This document shows, piece after piece, positions 25,647 through 37,766 of a stretch of DNA of 63,932 nt. Location: the NCBI RefSeq assembly GCF_001194135.2, contig NC_069003.1, positions 22,338,225 to 22,402,156 of the forward strand, in the 5' to 3' direction. The notes under the pieces are model-generated. The model saw only the letters and a list, made by a program, of their open reading frames with translations, made no database searches and was not told the origin of the DNA. This DNA is from Octopus bimaculoides (lineage: Eukaryota). Made by a program: the position numbers and the translations under genes. The first letter of the stretch is position 1. The number at the start of each line of letters is the position of its first letter.

Positions 25647-25870
25647 TCGTTTAATGTCCGCTTTCCATGCTAGCATGGGTTGGACGATTTGACTGAGGAC
25701 TGGTGAAACCAGATGGCTACACCAGGCTCCAATCTGATTTGGCAGAGTTTCTACAGCTGGATGCCCTTCCTAACGCCAACCACTCAGAGAGTGTAGTGGG
25801 TGCTTTTACGTGTCACCCGCACGAAGGCCAGTCAGGCGGTACTGGCAACGGCCACGCTCAAAATGGTGCA
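25647..25870 (-). mobile_element. Family D element, young copy; a second truncated copy is at 26057-26200
   Basis: Near-consensus core. The tail appears as (GAC/GAT)n on the - strand. Confidence 0.8.
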
Positions 25871-27376
25871 TTTCTTGTGCCACCCGCACAAAAAAAAAAA
25901 AAAAAAAAATCTTGAGCCTGGCAAATGATGCACATTCTATTGCATAAAGCACAACTGCGCTGGCTGGCAGAAGGAACTGGTGCCACAGTATGAACTCTTT
26001 TGACATGCCTCTGTGTGTGAGTGTATATTATATTATATTATATATATATATATATATCATCATCATCATCGTTTAATGTCCGCTTTCCATGCTAGCATGG
26101 GTTGGACAATTTGACTGAGGACTGGCAAACCAGATAGCTGCACCAGGCTCCAATCTGATCTGGCAGAGTTTCTACAGCTGGATGCTCTTCTTAACGCCAA
26201 TACACATATATTATATATATATATATATAAATAAATGAATGAACTTAGTTAAAATATGTTTGTGACATATTTTAACTTCTCAAGGCAAATACACTGTAGT
26301 TATTGTGGAGAAAATATTCTCTTATAGTCAAAGGTATAACAACACCATATCTGCCCAGTGTTGCCTTCTATTGGATTTCCAGACACAGCGTCTCTGTTTC
26401 CTTAACTTTCTTCAATGAGAAATACCAGAGATAACCCTGGGCAGATGCAAAGCTATAACTTTATCTAAAAGCAGTAGACTGTTTTGAGATAAAGTTATGG
26501 CTTTGAATCTGTCCAGGGTTCACAATCATTCCATCATTCCCATTTTCCTGTCTACTAATATGGTTACTTTATTCTTTGTCTTTTTTCTTTTTTTGCATGG
26601 CCTGCAAGTAAGTTGAACGACTGAGTAACAGAGGTTTAAGTTTGTAGCTATTTGATTTTAAAAATAAAACATCAGTCTTGTACCAACATGACTGTTGCAT
26701 GTTAAGCAGTGTGAAAACCGAGTGAAAGAAAACATAGTGTTGGAATTCCTGAAGATATTTCGGTCAAGGATAAAGAAAGGAAAAAAAAAATGTGTTGAAA
26801 GGAATCCAAGATGAGAGAAACAAAAGTGGTGAAGTATTAGTAAAAGAATGTCTGGAAATAAAGATATACTCACACCAAATAAAGTGATCACTTCAATCTG
26901 TCAGTCAAAGAGGATTTGATAATAGCAAATAATCAAAATTGAAATTAATATAAAACAAATAAGCTAGAAATAACAATCACTGTATAATTGTGAGAGCCAC
27001 AATGGAATATAACTTCCATATCTGGAACTGTGATGTCTACTACACAGACATGTTAGACAGTCTCTAAAGGAGGAAACCACAAGACAGATATGAAATTCAT
27101 CATCAACGAATGCCAAGGTTTGGCCTATAATTAACTTTATTTTTTAGTACTTCCTTCAGACATAGAGCAATTTTCTCTATATTATAAGACACATATTCAG
27201 TAAAGTTTAATTATATAATAGATAACCACAGACACCTGCAGTAAAGATAAATATAGCTACCATGTCTATAAGAGATTCTTCAATAAAGATTTTTTATATA
27301 ATTGCCATGCCATCTATGAGATCCCTGCAGTGAAGATAGATATATTAACCATGTCTATACCAAGAGATAACTTTTT

Positions 27377-27595
27377 CAACCCTATAGTGCTTAGATTACT
27401 GTAAAATGTCATGCTTATTGATTCATTGTTTTGAATTTATCCTGCATTACCTTGTAGCCTTGAGATTTTGAAGTGATTGTTTATGCTCAAAATGATATTC
27501 TAGGATAGGTGTGAGATGCCAGATCTGGCCAGTTTGAACATAAAGCAAGTAGAATATTTTGGCCAGACATAACCAATTTAAATGCTAAAGGGTAA
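27377..27595. mobile_element. piggyBac-type MITE (CCCT...AGGG termini); second copy at 30120-30341
   Basis: aaccctatagtgcttagatt ... tttaaatgctaaagggt. The 30120 copy starts ttaa|ccctttagcatt. The two interiors are homologous. Confidence 0.6.
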
Positions 27596-27628
27596 AAAAT
27601 TATTTATATAACCGTCAAGAGAACACTA

Positions 27629-27868
<240 letters not shown>

Positions 27869-27874
27869 TCAATA

Positions 27875-27990
27875 GGAGAGAACTTCTGACTCTTACTGGA
27901 GGTAGGGCAAGGAGCAGAATCCTGCTGCCACACATATGGCTTTCAAGTAACAACACTCTCCAAGTTCTGATGGCTATCCCCTGTTCAAAG
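27875..27990 (-). mobile_element. Mariner/maT-like transposase fragment
   Basis: Translates PYVWQQDSAPCPTSSKSQK, matching the YVWQQDSAPCHTS..SQ motif around the second catalytic Asp. Confidence 0.7.
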
Positions 27991-28986
27991 ATGTGGGGAT
28001 GATTTCCAGCATGCAGACACAGTCAGAATGCTTGCTGTATCCCTTTCTGCTGGTTATGGCTTTTCATGACACATTTTACAGTTTTTAAAGTGTTCACAGA
28101 TGAGATTTACACCTCATAAGTGAATATAAGAGATTTACAAGTCAGAACTAAATGGAAAGATTATCACAGCAAGGAACATGATTTAATTATTGGTTTCAAA
28201 TTTTGGCAGAAGGCCAGTAATTTCTGGGGATGGGATAAGTCAATTACATTGACCCCCAATCTTCAACTGGTACTTATTCTATTGACCTCGAAAGGATGAA
28301 AGGTAAAATCGATCTCAGAGGAATTTGAACTTGGAATGTAAGGATAGACAAAATGCCACTAAGTGTTTCACCCAGCATGCTAACAATTCTGTCAGTCTGC
28401 TGCCTGACATGTATTAATTATTGCTAGATGTCTGTTATATAGGTTAACAACATAATTGTAAGGTTAGCGTGATATCATATAAAAAGTATAGTTAGACAAA
28501 TCAGAACAACTTGCCTAAGGCTATAATACTAAGCAGGTACAAAAATGACTTGTATTCTAAGTCGATAAAGACTGTCTTTAAATATGTTCGTATTACATTC
28601 CTTTCCTTCCCTAATTGGATCTGAAGGTTCAAACAATAATTTTTTTCTCCCAGAATAGAAGATATTGTAAGGGAGAAGAGTCAACTGTCTCAACTTGTTA
28701 ATGTAGGAAGGCAATTCTCTGTCAAGATTTTAATACATATTGGTTTTAAATTCTAACACAAAGCCAGCAAATTTGGAGGAGGGGATCTCATCGATTATAT
28801 TGACCCCCACTCCTTAACTTGTATAATTTTATCAACCCTGAAAGGATGAAAGGTAAACTCAATCTCAGTGGAATTTGAACTCAGAATGTAAAGATGGATG
28901 AAATGCTGTTAAGCATTTTGCTCAGCATGCTAACAATTCTACCAGCTTGCTGCCTTTCGATTTTAATACATACTACTTTTCAAACT

Positions 28987-29374
28987 GGAGGCGCAATGGC
29001 CTAGTGGTTAAGGTAGCGGACTCGCGGTCATAGGATCGCGGTTTCGATTCCCAGGACAGGCGTTGTGTGTGTTTATTGAGAGAAAACACCTAAAGCTCCA
29101 CGAGGCTCTGGCAGGGGATGGTGGCGAATCCTGCTGTACTCTTCCACCACAACTTTCTATCACTCTTACTTTCTGTTTCTGTTGTGCATGTAATTCAAAG
29201 GGTCAGCCTTGTCACACTCTGTGTCACGCTGAATATCCCCGAGAACTACATTAAGGGTACACGTGTCTGTGGAGTGCTCAGCCACTTGCACGTTAATTTC
29301 TCGAGCAGGCTGTTCTGTTGATCGGATCAACTGGAACCCTCGACGTCATAAGTGACGGAGTGCCAACAACAACA
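28987..29374 (+). mobile_element. tRNA-derived SINE, family A, full length with 12-bp TSD
   Basis: TSD acttttcaaact at 28975-28986 and 29375-29386. (CAA)n tail. Confidence 0.9.
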
Positions 29375-29530
29375 ACTTTTCAAACTATGGAAGGAGGCAC
29401 ATACACAGTTGAACAGATACACATTACATGGAGGGAGAAAGGAGAGGAAAAGTTTTCTGATAAAGGGCATTCATGCAAATTTATATGACTATACATGTAA
29501 ACATATACACACAAAATGAAGACAACTTAC

Positions 29531-29665
29531 CTCTTTGCAGTCTAGGCCCAAACTATCCCCATCAATTTGTAAATCTGTAATAAGGACCTCATAATACCGC
29601 TCTTTCTGGATTGGTGTAAAGTACATTGGACCTTGGTACATACTCTCATCAATGTTGCCCAAAAC
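29531..29665 (-). CDS. BACE1: BACE-like exon 5
   Basis: ttaccag|GTT ... GAG|gtaagt. Translates VLGNIDESMYQGPMYFTPIQKERYYEVLITDLQIDGDSLGLDCKE. 135 nt. Confidence 0.96.
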
Positions 29666-30479
29666 CTGGTAACGATCAAACAACAACAGCTTAACATGCA
29701 TACATACACACACCTAAACAAACACAACAGAACTAATCACACACACACAGAAAAAACTAATTTTCATGCACACATAAACGCACACACACACACCATAACT
29801 ACCATCATCATCATCATTTAGCATCTATTTTCTATGTTGACATGGGTAAGGTAGTTTGACTAGAACTGGTAAGCTGGAGAGATGCACCAGGCTCCAGTCT
29901 GTTTTGGCTTGGTTTCTATGGCTGGATGCCCTTCCTAATGCCAACCACTCCATAGACTTACCAAGTGTCTTTTATATATCACTAACATAGGTGCCTTTTA
30001 TGTCACTACACAAAAGAACCTAAACTGAGTTACACAGATGCATTGATAACATTCTCTGCACACATCAGGACAAACAGCCACAGCTGTTCTTTCACATAAC
30101 AACAACCCAAGCATATTAACCCTTTAGCATTCAGATTATTTTGTCAAATGTAATGCTTATTCAATGACATTGTTTTGAATTAATCGTGCATTATCACATG
30201 GCTTCAAAATTTTGATGATGTGATTGTATATTTTCAGAATAACATTGTAGGATAGGTGTGAAGGGCCAAATCTGGCTGGATTGAACATAAGACAGGTAGA
30301 ATATTTTGGCTAGAATATTTTAGCTGGTTTAAATGCTAAAGATTCACATATATCCTTCCAAAACACACACATACACAGACACTCCCTTCGAACTAAACAT
30401 CTCACAAATCCCTTACAGCTATTCCCAGACATACATAAACCCCAAACAATGCAAATAAAATAAAAGAAGAACACCATAC

Positions 30480-30605
30480 CAGAGTACCACCAGTTTCCAG
30501 GTGCTCCCTATTCGTCACTGATCCACACAGTTGTATAGAGAACAGATTTGGGATCCCAGTCTGTTGAACAAGGATGTCAAAAAATGGCTGCACCGAACTG
30601 TCAGG
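30480..30605 (-). CDS. BACE1: BACE-like exon 4
   Basis: ttattcag|CCT ... CTG|gtatgg. Translates PDSSVQPFFDILVQQTGIPNLFSIQLCGSVTNREHLETGGTL. 126 nt. Confidence 0.96.
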
Positions 30606-30773
30606 CTGAATAAGAAAGACAATGCATACATTATATATTATAAAACGATTTTATTTTTGAGGAGGAAAACATTTCAGGATTTTATTTTAGGGAGCACATC
30701 ACGGCAGTTTTGATTGTAGGGACATATCAAATGTGACTTATGCCCTCCAGTTTATATTTTCATATACAGTATG

Positions 30774-30811
<38 letters not shown>

Positions 30812-31674
30812 TGTAACAACCAAAAATCTCCATAAAGTAACATAGGCTCAAGAAAAAAAAACCAATTCATAGCGGGATATGGCTGTGGAGTAAAAAGATT
30901 GCTTCCCAACCACACGGTTTCCGGTTCAATCCCATTGCATGGTACCATGGACAAGTGTCTTCCATTACAGCTTTGGGCTGACCAAAGCTTTGTAAGTGGA
31001 CCTGGTAGACATGTGGTATGTTGCTACATGTGCTAGTCACCTCCACTGGTCTGCTGCTGCCAACTTCTGTGGAGATGAAGGTTATTTATTTCTTCATACT
31101 TCATTGGATGTACAATGAGAAGAAACAGTAATCAATGCATATAGTAGAGTTTATAAATCAGAACTACTGGCCAGAATGCTGACCATTCCTATCTAGTCAC
31201 TGGCAAATACACTGTGATCCTAGTGAAAAGAATTAAGGTTTCAATGAGCTGGCCAGTGATGGTGACCATTTGAATTTAGAAAAATAGCAGCAAAATGTCC
31301 CTTAAATAATGTCCTATTATCATTAAAAAAATATATATATTGAAGAATGAAGTCCTAGATATATGTTGTATAAAAGGATGGTTATGACTGAGATATATTT
31401 TATCAAGGGTCTGCTAGCCAATGATGAAAGGTGTGTAGATGGTTGTTAAACAACAGGAGGGAAACAATCTGATATAGTCTTAGATATACAATGTTTAAAC
31501 CAAAAGAAAAAAAACAGGATTATCATAACTGGAATATCTTTGGTAATAGGTCTGCTGTATCAGATGTAACCCAGGGCTAAACCATAACTTAGGTCTTGCT
31601 ATCCATACATAGGACTTTCCTATTTGCAGGAAACAAAACAAAAAATATTTAAGCTGCAGATGAATAAACATTCA

Positions 31675-32088
<414 letters not shown>

Positions 32089-33051
32089 TTAAGATAATAC
32101 AAGTTTGAAGGTCTTAAAAAGACCAAAGGCCACACTGGCTAATGTAGTTCAAGAAATACTATAACTGAATAAAAGACAGGATAGTCACAGTTGAAACGCC
32201 TTGTGATAATAGAATGGTAATGATGGAAGGCATTCAAAGAGTAGTTAAACAACAAGGACAGACAAGTTGAATAATGTTGTCTAAAAAATAAAATCAGGAT
32301 TGTTATAACTGGAACTGATATGTTATGGTAAAAAGGACCTCAAGGCCATTGTTAACTGTTTAATAAGTGACCTTCCATACCAGAGCCAGTCTGTTACAAA
32401 AGACTGACTGAAATTACATAGTAATAATGATAACAACAATTATTTCTTAATTAAATCATTAGATGCTAAATCCATGATCTTTGTCAGTCTTGTGAGACAG
32501 GTGAGATAAATGCAGCTAACATTTAATTTGAATTTCTGCATCTCACTCATAGATACAGCACAATGACTGTTGTAACATTTGAACCTTTAACCATGTGATC
32601 AAACAAATCTTGCAGTCATTTTGGCACAAGGCCAGCTGTTTCAGGGATGGGGTTAAGTCAGTTACATTGACCCCAGTTGTCAACTCGTACTTAATTTATT
32701 GATCCCAAAAGTATGAAAGGCAAAGTCAGCCTTGAAAGAATTTAAACTCAGAATGTGCAAATGGACGAAATGCCACTTAACGATTCTGCTAGCTCAACAC
32801 CTTAAACATTACAGTCATTATAATTCACATTTCATTTTGGTAAATGAAACAGTAGATTTCTGGACATCAACCAACAGTGTGTCTATGTGTGTGTGTGTGT
32901 GTTATGATTTATGTTGTTGCTGCTTCTTGGTGCTGTTGAAGGTTTGACAAGTTAAACAGTGATGTCCCTTGTGTATGAATAATTTTTGCAGAATGACCTC
33001 TGTTGTCATACAGATCTAAACAAGTGCCACTGATAAATGATTGATAGAGAG

Positions 33052-33321
33052 ACAGGCATGGCTGTGTGGTAAGGAGCTTGCTTCCCAACCACATGGTTGC
33101 AAGTTCAGTCCCACTGCATGGCACCTAGGACAAGTGTCTTCTGCTATAGCCTCAGAACAACCAAAGCCTTGCGAATGGATTTGGTAGACAGAACTGAAAG
33201 AAGCCCATTGTGTGTGTGTGTGTGTCTCTGCTTGTTCTCCACCAACACTTGACAAGTAGGGTTGGTGTGTTTACATCCCAGCAATTTAGCAGATTGGTAA
33301 AAGAGATTGATAGAATAAGTA
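33052..33321 (+). mobile_element. tRNA-derived SINE, family B (3' end lost in N gap)
   Basis: Family B head and core. Confidence 0.8.
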
Positions 33322-33559
33322 NNNNNNNNNNNNNNNNNNNNNNNNNNNNNNNNNNNNNNNNNNNNNNNNNNNNNNNNNNNNNNNNNNNNNNNNNNNNNNN
33401 NNNNNNNNNNNNNNNNNNNNNNNNNNNNNNNNNNNNNNNNNNNNNNNNNNNNNNNNNNNNNNNNNNNNCACAGAAACTCAATGAACCAATGATAGAGATT
33501 CAGTATATACATGGTGCATATATAAACAATGTATAAAAGTGTCAGTTTCTGCTGTGCTC

Positions 33560-33960
33560 TCAAGTACATTGGGCAGCAAGCTGAAGCCACTGGTTTCTGT
33601 CGACTACAGTTTTCTCTGCATCTGACCTTGTGATATTGGCTTCTCTTATGTCAGTTATGAATGCTCTGTACTATGTAGTTTTTGGACTCTCTTTCTTGTC
33701 CCCTCCACTGGTGTCCATTTAGAAGCTATTTTAGAACGGCATTATTCAGGTAGCTGAAGTATGTGACTTGCTAGTTTTAGTCTCCGTTCTGTGATGATTT
33801 CGCCATGTGGTCTCATGTTGGCTCTCTTTAGAACATCTTCATTGGTTATGTGGTCTTGCTAGTACATTCCCTGAATCTGATTCCAGCATCTTTTGTGAAA
33901 CACATCTAACTTTCCGTTGATTTTCACAATGCTCTTCCATGTCTCAATGACAAAGAGAAC
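33560..33960 (-). mobile_element. LINE (RTE-like) ORF 3' fragment
   Basis: Translates ETWKSIVKINGKLDVFHKRCW..QDHITNEDVLKRANM..IITERRLKLASHILQLP, with stops. Confidence 0.65.
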
Positions 33961-34087
33961 TGTTGGAAGAATTATTGATTTTTTATTACCCACAAGGGGC
34001 TAACGAAGAGGGGAACTGTAGGAAGAATTATTGATTTCTTATTACCCACAAGGGGCTAACGAAGAGGGGAACTGTTGGAAGAATTAT
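33957..34087. repeat. 56-bp tandem repeat, about 2.3 copies
   Basis: Units start at 33957, 34013 and 34069. Confidence 0.9.
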
Positions 34088-35278
34088 GTTATTATAAAGT
34101 CGGATGTTTGTGTGTAAGCTGATGGTGTCAGAACACCAGATAATGCACATTCTCTGAAATACACCGGAGTACAAATAGGTATTGATTGATATTAAGATTT
34201 AACAGATATTTATCCCCACTCAAATGTGGATGCTTTCTTAGAACAAATTATACTGCAGTAGATACCATGAGAGAAACTCTCGTATTGGTTTTTAGTGCAA
34301 AATGCACTCTTGTTTATATTGTTAGCAGGGAGATAAATCCCCACTACCTCCAACACCATGACCACCAGATCACATGATTTCAACCTTGCTTGGTCTTGTC
34401 AATGATGGACGCTCAACTGCTAGAGGTGGCAGCAATTTATCTCCTCGGTAGTCATATATAGATTGACAGTGCCAGAACAGGCGTTATGTCACGATTAGCC
34501 AGTTAGCTTGCTAAAATATATATATTAGCAACAGAGACAGTATTAATACGTAGAGGGGATCTTTTCTGTTTGGCTACCAATTTTCAGTCTCTTCAATTTC
34601 TGTTTGAATTGGTTTCATATTCGGTGTAATGATATAGTCTTATATGCTAATCAATGCCTTGAAATTCATTTTCACCATAAATCAATATATATAAAGAGTT
34701 AATAACTTTAAAGTTTGCAAATTTGGGGTAATTTTAACCAATTGTAAGCCACAGACATATAGCACAAAATGACAGCTTCCAAATATTATTTTCTGACTGG
34801 GTGAAAATCATCAAACTTTAAACCTCTATAATTAATTAAAAAATTTTCTGGAAAAAGTAAAATTTCTCTTGAGATTCAGCTTGGGAAACTACATTAATGT
34901 ACCAAACAAAATTTTCAATTAATTTTGAATTTTCGAAAACTGACAGCCAAACTGAAAAGATCCTGGAGAGACAATACTTATCCTCCACTTAAACATAGAT
35001 ATTTTATCAGAACAAACTTTACTGCAATAGATACCATGAAAGAATTTCTCAAATGGGCTTTTGGTGCAAAATGCATGCTTGTTTATCTCCCTGTTGTGGA
35101 GAAGAGTGCATTTTGAACCGAAATTCAATCTGAGAATTTTTTTCTCATGATAACTCATGGTAACTATAGAACAATATAAATTGTTCTAACAGGACATCAA
35201 CATTTAAGTGGGGATGATCAATACTTGTTTTTTTATTTTACTGCTTTAATATTTTTCAACAGACAATGAATACTGATG

Positions 35279-35316
<38 letters not shown>

Positions 35317-35365
35317 NNNNNNNNNNNNNNNNNNNNNNNNNNNNNNNNNNNNNNNNNNNAGAAAG

Positions 35366-35397
<32 letters not shown>

Positions 35398-35421
35398 AGG
35401 GAGAGAGAGAGAGAGACTTAC

Positions 35422-35510
35422 TCTTCTTTGTGAAAGTATTTAGTGATAAGATCATTAGGAGTTGCTGCTATAGCAAAGTTGCTACTTCCTGTGTCAATTA
35501 AGATGTTCAT
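35422..35510 (-). CDS. BACE1: BACE-like exon 2 (first catalytic Asp, DTG); not present in the ORF track
   Basis: ttgcag|ATG AAC ATC TTA ATT GAC ACA GGA AGT AGC AAC TTT GCT...: MNILIDTGSSNFAIAATPNDLITKYFHKE. Donor GA|gtaagt. 89 nt. Confidence 0.96.
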
Positions 35511-36173
35511 CTGCAACGAATAATATGATTGGATGATGCATTAACAAATCAAAACAAAGTAGAAGGATGCTGGTAAACATGATAACACTGGAGACATAGT
35601 ATGTGAAAGAGAGAGAAAGAAAATGAATGAGAGAAAGGAAGCGAGAAAGAGAGAGAGAACAAAGAAGAGAGACAGAAAAGAAGAAAGGAAGACAGGAAGA
35701 AAGGAAGAGAGAAAGAGGAAGTTGGTACAGCTGGCTGAGATAGTACAATGCTAGATATTTTTAGATCAATTGTTTTACATCAAGTCAGATTCAAGAACTG
35801 GCTATGATTATCATTCCTTCATTGTTGGCATAAGTTATATAATAAAATGGATTTTGGTCAGAATTTCCGACTATGAGTGTTCAGTTGTTTGATCAACTAC
35901 ACTGCCAGGCTCATCGTCAACAGCAATGACGATGATGATGAAAACGATGACAACATTAACCTAATTTGTGTTGACAATCAAAACTATTTACTGAAGCTCT
36001 GACACTGTCAGAAGAGCTGTTAACCTTTAAAGAAGAACTTCTTAATTGATGTAAAAACTTTTCTCAATTCTGATTTCATTTTTTAACAAATGAATAGACA
36101 CAATAACACTCAAACTTCATCATTAACATTGACAAGTTAATTCTTTTAACAAAAATGAGGAAGATTAACTGAC

Positions 36174-36452
36174 CTTCTGAGGAGGATTTCCAATATTAAA
36201 CTCAATATAATAACCCTGTCCTGGCTGTCCATGTAGGTCCCGAGATGACATAAAGTAAGGCGATTGCTGGGATCGACCAGTTTCTGGGGAGATTTGTAAC
36301 TTGTTTACTGTGGTGGTTCTAATTAATGGAACATGTATAATTGATGTGTGGCTGCTGATAATATTTAATGAACTGAACACAAGAAGGACAGACCATCTGG
36401 CTTTGAGAAACCAGTTTGGTAGAAATGCCGCAGCAATTCCAAGAGCTTCCAT
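36174..36452 (-). CDS. BACE1: BACE-like exon 1 (signal peptide, propeptide, N-terminus)
   Basis: aacATGG start. Translates MEALGIAAAF...SSRDLHGQPGQGYYIEFNIGNPPQK (human [22 protein letters not shown]). Donor AAG|gtcagt, phase 0. Confidence 0.92.
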
Positions 36453-36850
36453 GTTAACCGAGAAGGATGTTGTACAAATTCTCAGTTAAAATTTGCTGTG
36501 GGCAGTTTTATAGTATTTTATTTCTCTGTCATCTCTTTCAAAGAGATGAAAATGCCAGGTTACCTCGGCATCTTCCTGAATGGATGGAACAATTCTGGAA
36601 AATACAAGAAAAAAATTTTATCAGCAAGAAGAAAAAAACAAAAATAAAAAAAGACAGTCATTTCCCCCCACATGCACACAAATAAACACATGCACTATAT
36701 ATTCATTCTTCATTTGTTTATTATTGTTCTTATTCTAACTTACATCCATTGAACAGAAATCTTTCATCACACACCTGTGGCCTCTTCAGTGACACTTTGT
36801 GTCTTCATGTGTGCTCTAGCTCTACTTATTTTATTATGAAATAAGTGGAG

Positions 36851-36905
<55 letters not shown>

Positions 36906-37696
36906 TGTATGTTTGTCTGCCCACCACTGCTTGACAACTGGTGTTGGTGTGCTTACATCTCCATAACTTAGCAGTTCAGCAAAATGAAACCAATGGAATA
37001 AGTACTAAGCTTAAAAAAATGTCCTAGGGTCAATTTGTTCGACTAAAGCCCTTCAATGCGGTGCCCCAGCATGGCCACAGTCAAATTAGTGAAACAAGTA
37101 AAAAAGTAAACAAATAAAAGAAAAAGCTCCAAGTATTTCAGCAACATGCAGGTTGCCAAGGATCTCCTATTTGACCAACTGGACAAGAGCTGCCAGTCAT
37201 AGAGGGAGCTGTTACAGCAATATAAACATGTCTTCAAAGCCACACTGAAGTTGTATTGGATCAATCCAAGGACATGAGAAACACAGACCAACAACTAGAC
37301 ATAAAGGTAGATGGTAGCCATGAAGGCATTTTTTTTCTACTTCAAGAAAGATCACACAGCTCGACTGGTCACCCACTGAGAAACATGACACACCACTACG
37401 GGCAAACCACCTACACCACCATTATCCTCAAAGCATCAGCACGTTTTTCCAGAATGCAATACTGTGGCACACACATAAGACTGTACCAGCCATTGTAAAC
37501 ACAGACATAGCTGGTTCGGAGAACAAGATTCATCACAGGTGATGACTTGGTTCATTATTAATGCAGGCTTTAACCCTTTTGATACTAACCCACCTGAAAC
37601 TAACCCTGTTTCTTTCCATGATACAAGCTTTTTGTTTTAAAGTCATCTAAATTAAAAACTTCCATCAATATTTCATGTTAATTTATGTTCCAAAAG

Positions 37697-37766
37697 TGGA
37701 GGCGCAATGGCCCAGTGGTTAGGGCAGCGGACTCGCGGTCATAGGATCGCGGTTTCGATTTCTAGA
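37697..37766 (+). mobile_element. Family A SINE head truncated by N gap, inserted in a piggyBac-like MITE end (37570-37696)
   Basis: ggaggcgcaatggcccagtggttagggcagcgg... Upstream ttaaccctttgatact terminus. Confidence 0.7.

Noticed and set aside
36506-36512. TATAAAA about 55 nt upstream of the BACE ATG as a core promoter
   Set aside because: A common word in AT-rich DNA with no TSS evidence. The SINE strand bias also hints that transcription may start further upstream.
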